A stretch of 32,000 bases of DNA from Candidatus Saccharimonadota bacterium (GCF_013365475.1 NZ_CP046579.1:780001-812000), one strand, 5' to 3'. Shown: positions 20,688-31,047, counted from the stretch's first letter. A program made the numbers and translations. The notes: generated from the sequence alone by a model not told the origin.

Positions 20688-21977
20688 CTATTTCTAATCA
20701 ACACTACTATAAGCAAATTTACTATGGTGAATAAAACTTTACATAATAACTGTATGAACTTTTATGACTTCTAGAAATTTAAAGTTTTCCTTAAAATCAC
20801 TTAAGAACCTCATTAATCACGTTCTACCTAATACCTAGATATTTTATTATCTTTAATCTTACAAGTTAATGATCGAAGTACTGATTATTAGTATCTTATA
20901 TCTAATTTTTGCACCACATATATTTTTCGTCTTTATTAACTTTTTTAGATCATAAGTCCTACAGCTATAGTTGTTTCAAGAAGCAAAGAAAATTAACTCG
21001 CAGAACGAGGAAATGGAAATTCTCTCTTATAGAATATACTTTATCTTGTTTTACTTAAAGATTTTTTAGCAGCTATAGTTAATATAATTATTAAAGAAAC
21101 ATTTTTATTTATTTTTCTGGATTCTCTACTGTTTGTTACTAGATAACATTTCTTTGGACAGATACTCAAGCCATAATATTTATATGGCTTTAAACCTAGA
21201 AGAGAAGGATGAGACTACAAACCTTATACTGCCAGACAGTGGGGGTGCTTATTTCATTAAGCTGCAATTACAGAATAAATTAGGAAAAACTTCACTTCTA
21301 ATCAGCATGAAATAAGGGAATTGAAATTCACAATTAGGAACTTAGATATCTATTTTTATACCTCATTTGTTTCTCTTCAGTCTTTCTCCTGACATCTCAA
21401 AGATTCTACATGTGAGATTTGCTCTGTAGACTTTCTAGCTTTGTTTCTTTAACAGAGGAAAAGACATAAAACTTATAGAAAGCAACACAAATTACAGCTA
21501 CTATCTAAAGCTAATAGACCATACTATTTCTATTTTTTTATTTTCTCTGCTTTAATAACCGTTATTATTTAGTCCTACTATATTTGCCAAACAAAGAATT
21601 GATACCATTATCGTGATAGAAATATTGGAAGATCAGACTTCTATCATTAGTGCTGTAATTTTTCAAAATCTCTAAGAAAGTTACTATTATTGCTTGCAAT
21701 ATATTACTCTTCCTTCTCCTCTCATTGGATATATTATCCAATAGATTTTCCGCAGCAAATTTTTATACAAACCTTTAAGCTTTTACTTATCCATTAATTC
21801 ATAACGCCTAATGTATCAAGGAGTGTAAAAATTCTTAAGTATCCCTAAGGACTTTTTCAATATGATTCAACTTATGCCTCTTTAAAAGACCATTATCGAT
21901 TAACATAGTGGACTACCTAAATCTACAAATAAATATTCACTGCACAATTTTATAACTATTTATCAATTGAACATAAT

Positions 21978-23381
21978 TCAGTATCCTGTTAACATCCTTT
22001 CTACCAACTCTCTTACTGTTGGTATGTATCCATTCTCATAAAATGGATCCCGCTTAAACTTGTACACATTATGCCCAGAAAATAAGAGTTCATTTTCAAC
22101 ATCACCACTATACATAATGTTTTGCAGTGTTTTTTGTATACAGAAGCTTCTCGGATCTGGCTTTCTACCTGTTGAATGGTTACCATGATCCTTCCAATTA
22201 CTAAATAAACAATGACTCAAACACCCCATACAATTGATTTGATCTTGCCTTATCTTCGCAAATTTATCAGGTGTTACAAAAATGACAGTTATATCTGGAG
22301 TCTTCATTACTTCTGTATACCCTGCTTTAATCCATGTGTTCGCAAGCTTTTTATCTTCTGCAGTTAAGTAGATTTTTCTACCTCTTGTACCAACCGTAAA
22401 TTCACTATTGAATTCCTCATTAGCACTTTCTGAAAATTTTAGTTGTCGTAAGTTTCGTTCCTGCAATTCACGTATAAAGTTGTTTTTCACTGCAGATGAG
22501 TAAAACCCTGTTGGGCTAAACCTATTTAAAAATACGTCGCCCTCCTCTAAAGTTAATAACTTTTTTTTCCATTCCATAGAAATTGGGCTCTCCTTAGTCA
22601 AAAGTGGGCGAGTACCAAACTGAAAAGCTATTGGTCCAATCTGCAGATTGTCAAGCCAGTGTTCCCAATCCTTTAAATGCCATACTCCTCCTGCCATAAT
22701 AATTGGTGCTCTAGAAAGGCCAACCTCACTCATGAAAGATCTAAGTTCTACAATCCTTTCAAACGGAGCTTGTGGAAACATCGGATCTTCATTGCTACTG
22801 AGTCCATTATGCCCACCAGCAAGCCATGGATCCTCATATACTACTCCACCAAGCAAAAAAGAAGATACTTTTCTGTAAGCACGCTTCCATAATGCTTTAA
22901 AAGCGCGTACTGATGAAATAATCGGGTAATAATAAACCTGATATTTAGACGCGATCTCCCCAAGCTTGTAAGGCATACCAGCTCCACAAGTAATACCATG
23001 CACTAAACCTTTCGCCCTTTCTAATATACCATGAAGTACCCGTTCCGCTGCTCCCATCTCCCATAGCACATTCATATGTACTCTTCCATAGCCTCGTGAG
23101 ATTTCGTTTGCTATCTTTGCTTGACTGACACCAGCTTCAATACTATATTGAATTAACTCTTCATGTTTTTCACTTCTTGTTTTTCCCCTATAAATCAGTG
23201 GTACTAACTCCCCATTATCATCAATAAGCTTAGCATTTGCTCCCGAAAATGTACCAACAGCACCTGCTGCGGCGAATGCTCCACTTGACTGTCCATCACT
23301 AATTGCAATGCCTTTGCCACCTTCAATAATCGGCCATACTTCCTTTCCTGAAATTATTACCTTTTTTATCTTATCTTTCAA
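21978..23381 (-). CDS. Nitronate monooxygenase / 2-nitropropane dioxygenase-family flavoprotein
   Basis: 467 aa. N-terminal IIEGGKGIAISDG...AAAGAVGTFSG and GITCGAGMP resemble long NPD-family TIM-barrel proteins annotated in Rickettsiales. TTG start. The family assignment is from recollection of motifs only. Confidence 0.6.
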   Translation of the reverse strand: MKDKIKKVIISGKEVWPIIEGGKGIAISDGQSSGAFAAAGAVGTFSGANAKLIDDNGELVPLIYRGKTRSEKHEELIQYSIEAGVSQAKIANEISRGYGRVHMNVLWEMGAAERVLHGILERAKGLVHGITCGAGMPYKLGEIASKYQVYYYPIISSVRAFKALWKRAYRKVSSFLLGGVVYEDPWLAGGHNGLSSNEDPMFPQAPFERIVELRSFMSEVGLSRAPIIMAGGVWHLKDWEHWLDNLQIGPIAFQFGTRPLLTKESPISMEWKKKLLTLEEGDVFLNRFSPTGFYSSAVKNNFIRELQERNLRQLKFSESANEEFNSEFTVGTRGRKIYLTAEDKKLANTWIKAGYTEVMKTPDITVIFVTPDKFAKIRQDQINCMGCLSHCLFSNWKDHGNHSTGRKPDPRSFCIQKTLQNIMYSGDVENELLFSGHNVYKFKRDPFYENGYIPTVRELVERMLTGY

Positions 23382-23530
23382 ATCTCCCTCATAATCTTCT
23401 GTTCCATTCTACTTTAATTACTAAAAAAACATAGCATATCTATTTTCTCTTGACATAATTAGAGTTTGTAAGAGAATCTAAAATTTAAGTAGATATATAA
23501 AAACAACTGTTACAGACATATTTTTGCTAT

Positions 23531-24121
23531 ATGATTATAGGGTTAACAGGTGGAATTGGAGTAGGAAAAAGTTTTGTAGCCAACTGCTTCAAAAAACTTG
23601 GTGCCGTTGTGTTTGATGCTGATTTCGTAGTACATCAACTTTATACAATGAACAAAAACTTAATAAGGCATGCGGAAAAAAAATTTCCTATAGTGGTAAT
23701 AAACAGTAGAATAGATAGGGCAGTGCTATCTAAATATTTTATATCTCATGATAAAAATTGGAAGAAATTTCAATTTTTGGTTCATTCAGCTGTACGTGAT
23801 GAACTAGAATTTTTCATTACATGTGAGAAAAGAATCAATAATAAGAAGATCTTGATCTTAGATATCCCTCTTTTGCTGGAAACAAGATTTTATTTATACT
23901 GTAACTTTATTGTTCTCGTTCATGCAGACAGTATTGCACAAGATCAAAGACTTAGTGAACGTAATATAAACAAAGAAAAACTAGATCTAATCCTGAATAT
24001 TCAGTTACCTTTCAAAGAAAAAAGGAAGATGAGCAACTTTATTGTTAACACCAGTACAAGTAAAGAGCATGTTTTTTCTCAAGTAAAAGACATAGTAGAT
24101 TCATTGAACCCCAGAGCTTGA
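23531..24121 (+). CDS. coaE: Dephospho-CoA kinase
   Basis: 196 aa. N-terminal IIGLTGGIGVGKS P-loop and DIPLL motif. Confidence 0.92.
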   Translation: MIIGLTGGIGVGKSFVANCFKKLGAVVFDADFVVHQLYTMNKNLIRHAEKKFPIVVINSRIDRAVLSKYFISHDKNWKKFQFLVHSAVRDELEFFITCEKRINNKKILILDIPLLLETRFYLYCNFIVLVHADSIAQDQRLSERNINKEKLDLILNIQLPFKEKRKMSNFIVNTSTSKEHVFSQVKDIVDSLNPRA

Positions 24122-25303
24122 TTTCAAACTACAACTTGAATCCACCAAATTACTTCTAATTTCAGATATATTATTCATAAGTTTCACTACCGAAATTTCA
24201 AATTTTGAGCTTGCATTTAGAAACGACTCAACTGATCTACCAAAAAAATCATACCTCCATCCTTTAAATAGCTTATCCACTTGTCCAGATATTGACCCAG
24301 CCAACTCTTCTTTTGAAGAAACCAATTTTCTGGATATATTATTTTCCTTACACTTACTCTCCAAGATAACTGAAAGTATATCAAATACAGACCTATCATA
24401 AGCATTTGATGGAGCACAGTTCTGCTGCATAAAATCCTTCTCATTTTCACTGAAAATATCTATAAATTCCAATAAATCTTCCTCCTTTATGTTTTTAGCG
24501 TTCTTCTTCAGATCATCTAAAATATCATCAACACGTTCTATATTCCTCTCAATAAATCCAGCTATTATAGAGTTATTAATAACTTTATTACGATTTACAT
24601 TATAGCGCTGTGCTAAGGTTTCTTGCCATTCACTAACTGCTTTAACAGTCAATATTAATCTTGGATTTGCTTTACAATTAAATTTAATTCTCTTCCATGC
24701 ATTCCTTGGACTGCGCAAGTATTTATTTATATCAACCACCGACTCCATTTCCTCTTGAAACCAGCTCATTCTATTCCTTTCTTCAAGTTTATCATGTAAT
24801 ATTTGGTGTAGATCATATAGGTAAATTACATCGCTGACTGCGTAGTCCAACTGATCCTTAGATAACGGTCGTCTCAGCCAATCCGAATTTTTAGCTTTAA
24901 CTTTATTTAGCACTATTCCCTGATATTGTTCCACTACTTTTGAATAACCAATAAAGTTATAGTAATAATGACAAAACATAGCAGCAACTTGGGTATCAAA
25001 AATTGGAGCAGGGATACACTTGAACACAGTAAATAAAGATTCTATGTCCTGTTGGCAGCTGTGGAACACTTTAGTTATCTCTCGATCAAGCATAACACTC
25101 TTGATAAATGATAAGTCAATTCCTGGTGCTAATACATCTATAATAAAGCTCATCTCTTTATAAGAAATCTGAATTAACGATAATTTAGGGTAATAGGTTA
25201 AGTTATTTCTAATAAACTCTGTGTCAACAGCTATGAGCTTTGGTTTTTTTGCTATTAGCTCCTTGCACATACCATCCAGATCTGACATTCTACTAATTAG
25301 CAT
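24101..25303 (-). CDS. rnd: Ribonuclease D
   Basis: DEDDy exonuclease motifs IAVDTEF, HSCQQDIE and YAVSDVIYL, plus an HRDC-like C-terminus. The ATG at 25303 gives E. coli-like spacing to DTEF. The ORF track extends to a TTG at 25354. The 3' end overlaps coaE by 21 nt. Confidence 0.9.
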   Translation of the reverse strand: MLISRMSDLDGMCKELIAKKPKLIAVDTEFIRNNLTYYPKLSLIQISYKEMSFIIDVLAPGIDLSFIKSVMLDREITKVFHSCQQDIESLFTVFKCIPAPIFDTQVAAMFCHYYYNFIGYSKVVEQYQGIVLNKVKAKNSDWLRRPLSKDQLDYAVSDVIYLYDLHQILHDKLEERNRMSWFQEEMESVVDINKYLRSPRNAWKRIKFNCKANPRLILTVKAVSEWQETLAQRYNVNRNKVINNSIIAGFIERNIERVDDILDDLKKNAKNIKEEDLLEFIDIFSENEKDFMQQNCAPSNAYDRSVFDILSVILESKCKENNISRKLVSSKEELAGSISGQVDKLFKGWRYDFFGRSVESFLNASSKFEISVVKLMNNISEIRSNLVDSSCSLKSSSGVQ

Positions 25304-25423
25304 ATATTTCTCATTTAATAATGCAATTTTATCTCTTGAATTTAATCTTTGCAATTAGTGACTTCCAGAGCAAAATTCCAGCTTTTGTTTTATAAAAGTT
25401 TCAGTTATATATACAAAAAACTA

Positions 25424-25452
25424 TTTACAATCAAATTGTAATGTGATAAGTT
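25424..25452 (+). promoter_or_regulatory. Putative promoter for tRNA-Asn (duplicated with the repeat)
   Basis: TTTACA, 17 nt spacer, TAAGTT, ending 13 nt upstream of the tRNA 5' end. An identical copy lies at 25794-25822. This is a sequence match only. Confidence 0.25.
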
Positions 25453-25465
25453 AAAGATAGTTTAC

Positions 25466-25540
25466 TCCTCGGTAGCTCAGTGGTAGAGTAATTGGTTGTT
25501 AACCAATTGGTCGCTGGTTCGAATCCAGCCTGGGGAGCCA
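25466..25540 (+). tRNA. tRNA-Asn (anticodon GUU), variant copy
   Basis: Cloverleaf TCCTCGG/CTGGGGA, D arm GCTC-AGTGGTA-GAGT, anticodon stem ATTGG/CCAAT with loop TTGTTAA, T arm GCTGG-TTCGAAT-CCAGC, and an encoded CCA. Confidence 0.85.
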
Positions 25541-25730
25541 CATCGATATCGATCTCAGTAGTGAGCTTTGTTTCTAATACTTAACATATGTAGCTCTTTC
25601 TTTTAGTTACTACTTAAAGGTTTCTGCTTCATATTAAGCTTGTTAGTTTTTACTGTTTTCTTGAAGGTTGGTACTCTCTAGTTTCTACGAAAAAGTGAAT
25701 TTTCTTAAAATCAAATCTTTATAATCAACA

Positions 25731-25964
25731 ACTTCCAGAGCAAAATTCCAGCTTTTGTTTTATAAAAGTTTCAGTTATATATACAAAAAACTATTTACAA
25801 TCAAATTGTAATGTGATAAGTTAAAGATAGTTTACTCCTCGGTAGCTCAGTGGTAGAGCAGTTGGCTGTTAACCAATTGGTCGCTGGTTCGAATCCAGCC
25901 TGGGGAGCCACATCGATATCGATCTCAGTAGTGAGCTTTGTTTCTAATACTTAACATATGTAGC
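25731..25964. repeat. Direct repeat copy 2 (234 bp, contains tRNA-Asn copy 2)
   Basis: See copy 1. I aligned the two copies block by block by eye. Confidence 0.97.
25836..25910 (+). tRNA. tRNA-Asn (anticodon GUU), canonical copy
   Basis: Same fold as copy 1, but with D stem GAGC, anticodon stem GTTGG/CCAAT and the canonical loop CTGTTAA. CCA is encoded. Confidence 0.92.
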
Positions 25965-26013
25965 CCTTTATCATAATATAAAGCTTATTAAAAATTAAGT
26001 AAAGCTAATGCAT

Positions 26014-27039
26014 TTACTGCTCAAAGCTTGGCAAATTTCCAGTAAAGAGTAATAACCCTGAAGTTAGAATTAACCAAAGTGTTGACATTGGTAGAAACAC
26101 TTTCCAACCAAGACGCATTAGTTGATCATATCGATAGCGAGGTATAGTTGCCCTGACCCAAACAAACATGAACAACAGTAAAACTATTTTTAAAATAAGC
26201 CAAACTAAACCTGGAATTTTGTACAGCAAATCAAATTCTGCAGGAGGATACCATCCTCCTAGAAAGAATATTGCTGTCATAGCACTTGCTAGAATCATAT
26301 TAGCATATTCTCCAAGGAAGAAAAGAGCAAAAGGCATTGATGAATACTCAACACTATACCCGGAAACAAGCTCTGCCTCAGCTTCTGGTAAATCAAATGG
26401 GTGACGATTAGTTTCTGCAAGAAGAGAAATAAAGAATACCAATGCTATAGGTATTAATAGGATATCAATCCAAAATGGCATATTATGTTTTATTACAACT
26501 ATTTCCCCGAGATTTAGCGTACCAGTTATAGTAACGATTACAGCAACTATAAGGCCTATTGAAACCTCGTATGAGATCATTTGAGCAGCTGATCTTATGC
26601 TACCTAAAAATGCATAATTAGAATTACTAGACCAGCCTGCAATAATAATACCATATATTCCTAAAGAGGATATAGCTAGAACATAGAGTACACCAACATT
26701 GATATTAGCTATTACATTAGGAATTACTATTTGCTGCCTATTCTCTATAATTACTTTAGCACCAAACGGTATCACTGCCCACGCAATCAATGCTAAAATA
26801 AATGTAAGAACTGGAGCTGCGATGAATAGCATAGTATTTGCTCTAAATGGTATTATTGCCTCTTTAGTTAGTAATTTAATAGCATCTGCAAACGGCTGTA
26901 GCAGTCCAAAAGGACCAACAACACTAGGACCATGCCTCAGTTGAATTGCAGCAATAACTTTGCGTTCAAAATACACTAAGTATGCAACTGAAAGCAGTAG
27001 CTGCACTAAGATGAATAGGATACTAATTAGCGTGTTCAT
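26014..27039 (-). CDS. nuoH: NADH-quinone oxidoreductase subunit H
   Basis: Polytopic membrane ORF with [36 protein letters not shown] and [20 protein letters not shown]. The ATG at 27039 overlaps the nuoG 3' end by 17 nt. The ORF track extends to 27078. Confidence 0.96.
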   Translation of the reverse strand: MNTLISILFILVQLLLSVAYLVYFERKVIAAIQLRHGPSVVGPFGLLQPFADAIKLLTKEAIIPFRANTMLFIAAPVLTFILALIAWAVIPFGAKVIIENRQQIVIPNVIANINVGVLYVLAISSLGIYGIIIAGWSSNSNYAFLGSIRSAAQMISYEVSIGLIVAVIVTITGTLNLGEIVVIKHNMPFWIDILLIPIALVFFISLLAETNRHPFDLPEAEAELVSGYSVEYSSMPFALFFLGEYANMILASAMTAIFFLGGWYPPAEFDLLYKIPGLVWLILKIVLLLFMFVWVRATIPRYRYDQLMRLGWKVFLPMSTLWLILTSGLLLFTGNLPSFEQ

Positions 27040-29071
27040 AGAAAGCTTTAGTACAATTTGCCATTGTCTTTGAAGCACGACTTATAGGGTCTGTCATATA
27101 AAAGTTACATTCCTTTAAAGTGAAAGGCTTACCACTTAAGCTTATTTTATCGCAATTAATTGAAACTAACTTATTTTTTATCACTTGATCAGTATTTCTA
27201 AATTGTGGGCCAATAGTATCTAATTTTTCTCTCACATCAGATAAACTATTATATGGCAACGAAAAGTCCAAATATTGAGATAAACTCTTAATGATTAGCC
27301 AATCTTCCTTTGCTTCACCAGGAGGGAATATAGCTAAATTTGTACTCTGGACTCTGCCCTCAGTATTTACGTAAGTTGCACATTTCTCTGTATATGCAGC
27401 TCCAGGTAAGATTATATCTGCTATATTTGCTCCTCTATCACCGTGATGACCTTGATAAATTACAAAAGTATTTCTTAATTTTGATATATCAATTTCATCT
27501 GCACCAAGAAGATAAACAACCTCTATTTCGCCGCTCTCTGCTTGCTTGAGTATTTGTTTAATGTCTTTCCCACCTTTTTTAGGAATGAATCCAACATCCA
27601 ATCCACCGACCCTTGCTGCAGCTTTGTGCAGAATATTAAAACCATTCCAGTTGTCTCTAACTACATTAAATTTTTCTGCAATTGAAGTAGTTAGAGCTAA
27701 AATTGATTCAGAATCACTTCTTATTAACGCATCTTGACCTATAATAAGCATAGGATTTTGAGCAGAATTCAGTAATTTGCAAAATTTATGATTTCCTTTC
27801 GCTATTTCATACAAGATATTAGGGTTATTACCTAGATTTTCAACATGATACAAATACTTAACATTAGGACCGATGCTTGCAATAGGAAAATCTCCTTGTA
27901 AATACCTTTTTCTTATACGCGCATTAATAATAGGTGCCTCCACTTTAGGATTTGTGTTTATAAGCAAACATAAATCCGCGCTTTCTATGCCTTCAATAGT
28001 AGTGTTAAACACATACGACCCACGAGTACTGGATATAAGTTGAGCTCCATCTTGCCTACAATCTAAATTTATTGAACCAAGCTTATGCATTACCTCTTTT
28101 AATAGAAGCATAGATTCACAATCTGACAAATCACCTGCAAGTGCAGCTATCCTATTTGGTTTTGTGTTCTTTAATTTTTTTGCAGCAAGAGTTAGTGCTT
28201 CATTCCAATCAGCTGAGACTAATTTACCATCTTTCTTTATATAAGGTTGATCGAGGCGTTGCACTTTTAGCCCATCGTAAGCAAAACGAGTTTTATCTGA
28301 TATCCACTCTTCATTAATTTCCTCACTAAGTCTTGGCAAGACTCGCATAATTTCAAGACCACGATAATCAATTCTGATTGCGCTTCCTACAGCATCAAGC
28401 ACATCTATAGTTTCACACTGTGAAAGTTCCCATGAACGAGCTTTAAATAAATAAGGCTTTGAAGTCAAAGCACCTACAGGGCAAAGATCTATGATATTCC
28501 CAGACAATTCAGAGCTAATGTATTTTCCTATATAAGTACTAACCTCCATATTTTCTCCTCTACCAATTCCTCCTAATTCACTTGTACCTGCTACATCAGA
28601 CAGAAATCTAATGCATCGAGTGCAATGAATGCACCTATTCATTGCAGTTTCAATTAATGGACCGAAATGCTTTTTCTGCACTGCCCTTTTATCTTCATCA
28701 AACCTACTTATTCCCTTACCATAAGCTACTGCTATATCTTGTAGGTCACATTCACCTCCTTGATCACAAATTGGACAGTCAAGTGGATGATTAATAAGCA
28801 AAAATTCAAGTATGCCTTCACGTGCCTTTTTAATTTTTTCAGTGTCAGTACGAATAACCATACCTTCTGTAACTGGGACTGCACAAGAAGCTATTGGCTT
28901 TGGAGATCTTCCTTCAACTTCAACTAAACACATCCTGCAGTTGCCAGAAATTGCTAAGCGTTCATGATAACAAAAGCGAGGAATTTCAATGCCAAATGCT
29001 TCACAGGCTTGAATTATAGTAAACCCAGGTTCTACCTCATACTCCTTAGAGTTAATAGTAACCTTAACCAC
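27023..29071 (-). CDS. nuoG: NADH-quinone oxidoreductase subunit G
   Basis: 682 aa. N-terminal 2Fe-2S ([19 protein letters not shown]), His/Cys 4Fe-4S ([17 protein letters not shown]) and [10 protein letters not shown] clusters. GTG start. Confidence 0.96.
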   Translation of the reverse strand: MVKVTINSKEYEVEPGFTIIQACEAFGIEIPRFCYHERLAISGNCRMCLVEVEGRSPKPIASCAVPVTEGMVIRTDTEKIKKAREGILEFLLINHPLDCPICDQGGECDLQDIAVAYGKGISRFDEDKRAVQKKHFGPLIETAMNRCIHCTRCIRFLSDVAGTSELGGIGRGENMEVSTYIGKYISSELSGNIIDLCPVGALTSKPYLFKARSWELSQCETIDVLDAVGSAIRIDYRGLEIMRVLPRLSEEINEEWISDKTRFAYDGLKVQRLDQPYIKKDGKLVSADWNEALTLAAKKLKNTKPNRIAALAGDLSDCESMLLLKEVMHKLGSINLDCRQDGAQLISSTRGSYVFNTTIEGIESADLCLLINTNPKVEAPIINARIRKRYLQGDFPIASIGPNVKYLYHVENLGNNPNILYEIAKGNHKFCKLLNSAQNPMLIIGQDALIRSDSESILALTTSIAEKFNVVRDNWNGFNILHKAAARVGGLDVGFIPKKGGKDIKQILKQAESGEIEVVYLLGADEIDISKLRNTFVIYQGHHGDRGANIADIILPGAAYTEKCATYVNTEGRVQSTNLAIFPPGEAKEDWLIIKSLSQYLDFSLPYNSLSDVREKLDTIGPQFRNTDQVIKNKLVSINCDKISLSGKPFTLKECNFYMTDPISRASKTMANCTKAFYEHAN

Positions 29072-29083
29072 AAACTTAACCTA

Positions 29084-29296
29084 CTATATACTTTCCCACT
29101 TTATAGGATCGCCACTTATCTCGTCTTTAACTAAGCTGCCATCATCATACTGAGCAGACATATAATTTGCACGCAAGTCACGGTCTATATATCTAACTGG
29201 CTTTACAGGTTTATCCTTATACACCTTTTGTTCAACCTTTCTACGCTGAGTAGGGTTATTTTTACTAGCTACCTTCTCTTTCCGTCTTGCTACCAT
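29084..29296 (-). CDS. Small basic hypothetical protein
   Basis: 70 aa ORF (MVARRKEKVASKNNPTQRRKV...GDPIKWESI) ending 12 nt upstream of the nuoG GTG on the same strand. I recognise no family. Coding status is inferred from position and the absence of a competing frame. Confidence 0.4.
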   Translation of the reverse strand: MVARRKEKVASKNNPTQRRKVEQKVYKDKPVKPVRYIDRDLRANYMSAQYDDGSLVKDEISGDPIKWESI

Positions 29297-29733
29297 ATTA
29301 AGACCATAAAAACCTCTTATCCTATTTTAACACTTAAGCGCATAGCGTCAATACTAAATAACTTCAAAAATTAAATCGATAAGCAATCAGTAACAATCAA
29401 GAAAATACTAGTTAAGTTATAAGATATCACTAATATCTTTACAATCTACCACAAAAAGTCTGCTTATGTTTCAAGTATTTTATAAATATTAGAACTGAAC
29501 TAGGACTGAGTGAGATTATACAGCTATTAGGTTTGAGAATATGATTGGAAGTATGATGAAACAGGCTATACTATAAATGTTATCTTATCTAGTTCATATT
29601 ATTACTTGCATCAGAATATAGTGATGCTAAAAGCAGGTTCGCAATGAGAAGATATAATTTTTACCATTTGCGAGTAAGTAATATGCCATTAATTGGTCTT
29701 TATTCGTTATTTGAATTTTAGTTGTTGCTAGGT

Positions 29734-30978
29734 TTAGAGATTTGTGCTACTTATCATAAAAAATAACTTATATACACTGATTACATAATTACTTTTCGCT
29801 TCAACAAGATCAGAACGTGCTTTAAATAATGCATTTTCAGTATTCAAGAGCTCAGTTGTACCTTTTAAATTTAAGTTAACTTCTTGCTTAATACCTTCTA
29901 ACGCTAGAGCTGCTGCTTTTTCAGCTTTCTTACTTACTTTGATAATAGCATCTGCTGCCAGAATATTGTTCCAAGCGCTCACAACCTCTTTTTCTATATT
30001 TTTTACTGTTTCATAATAATTATGAGCAGATTTTTTTGCATCCATTTTGGCTTGGCTTATACTAAAAGTATTAACTCCTCTTCTAAAAATCGGAATATCA
30101 AGGGTAAAAGTGATATTGGTAGTATCTAAAAACTTGTTAATACTAATATTTTCGTTTAAATTTTTACTTGCGCTAAGATTCACAGATGGTAGCCACTTAG
30201 AAGTTTCAGCAATTACTGCTATGCCATCTGCTCTTTTTCTATGAATTGCTGCCTTTAGAGATAGGTTATTGGTTTTTGCTAGCTGCAGGCATTTGTTTAG
30301 CTCAGAAGGAATATATGGTAATTTATCAACTTCAAAGAGTTCATTAGGATCTTCACCAATTAAATGAAAGTAAGCAATGTTTGCTAATTTTAACTTGCCT
30401 TCAGCGTCAACCCTTTCTAGGGCTGAGGATGAAAATTTTGCTTTTGCAAGTGAAACTTCAGCATTAGTAACTTCTCCAAGAGAAAGGCGCTTTTTCATTT
30501 CGGATAGGTCTTCTGAAGAAACACGTTCTTTATGCTCTCTTAATTTTAATATTGCTGTTTTTCTTAGGACATCAACGTATGCTTTTACAGCGTTAAGTGC
30601 AACATCTTGTTTTGATTGTTGAAACTTCATCTTCTCTGCTTTGAGAAGATGACTTGATTGGCTAAATGTAGCAAAAGTTCCTCCACCATCTATTATTTTT
30701 TGACTTAATGTAAGAAGTTTTTCAGGTAAACTATGCTTATTATTGTGAAGACTAAAATTGCTATTAAAACTATACTGCAAATTAATACTTGGCAAAAAGT
30801 TAACTAGTCCTGAAGATTTTAGTTGTTTTTCTATGCTCTTGTAATGGTAAAATTGAGACTTTAGCTTTGAGCTATTTCTGATGGCTTTACTTATGGCTTC
30901 TTCAAGACCAATTGCATAGCAAATTGTAGTACTAAGGGTGACTACAAGTGTAACAATCAATTGAAACATACGAAACAT
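29734..30978 (-). CDS. tolC: TolC-family outer membrane efflux / type I secretion channel
   Basis: 414 aa. Signal peptide ending TICYAIG, then the typical LEEAISKAIRNSSKLKS start and two repeated OEP halves. Confidence 0.85.
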   Translation of the reverse strand: MFRMFQLIVTLVVTLSTTICYAIGLEEAISKAIRNSSKLKSQFYHYKSIEKQLKSSGLVNFLPSINLQYSFNSNFSLHNNKHSLPEKLLTLSQKIIDGGGTFATFSQSSHLLKAEKMKFQQSKQDVALNAVKAYVDVLRKTAILKLREHKERVSSEDLSEMKKRLSLGEVTNAEVSLAKAKFSSSALERVDAEGKLKLANIAYFHLIGEDPNELFEVDKLPYIPSELNKCLQLAKTNNLSLKAAIHRKRADGIAVIAETSKWLPSVNLSASKNLNENISINKFLDTTNITFTLDIPIFRRGVNTFSISQAKMDAKKSAHNYYETVKNIEKEVVSAWNNILAADAIIKVSKKAEKAAALALEGIKQEVNLNLKGTTELLNTENALFKARSDLVEAKSNYVISVYKLFFMISSTNL

Positions 30979-31047
30979 ACTTCCCCTATAATCAGGCTAT
31001 ATAGCTAAGTTATTAGCACAAATTGTTCTGATAATCAATTAATATTG

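Larger units (their letters stand above)
25361..25594. repeat. Direct repeat copy 1 (234 bp, contains tRNA-Asn copy 1)
   Basis: Identical to 25731-25964 except at 3 positions (25489, 25491, 25496). The period is 370 bp, with a 136 bp unique spacer between the copies. Confidence 0.97.

Noticed and set aside
21133-21315. 60 aa plus-strand ORF with a TTG start in the coq7-NPD spacer.
   Set aside because: It is at the minimum reporting length, has a non-ATG start and no motif, and its orientation runs against the local strand bias.
21725-21741. Inverted repeat TTGGATA-TAT-TATCCAA, considered as a terminator or operator.
   Set aside because: The stem is only 7 bp and AT-rich with a 3-nt loop. 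There is no adjacent T-run on the relevant strand, and it is far from any start codon. Such a repeat is expected by chance in AT-rich DNA.
25595-25730. Weak similarity between the right end of the 136 bp inter-repeat spacer (…gaattttcttaaaatcaaatctttataatcaaca) and the rnd 5' coding end (…gcaattttatctcttgaatttaatctttgcaattagtg). This would suggest the duplication once included the rnd start.
   Set aside because: The match is roughly 60% over about 35 nt of AT-rich sequence, needs a gap, and does not extend further. It is not distinguishable from chance by eye.
25361-25964. The repeat-spacer-repeat layout was checked as a possible CRISPR array or a mobile-element terminal repeat pair.
   Set aside because: There are only two copies of a 234 bp unit containing a complete tRNA gene. 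There are no short regular repeats, no cas or transposase genes, and the copies are direct. A segmental tandem duplication explains it better.
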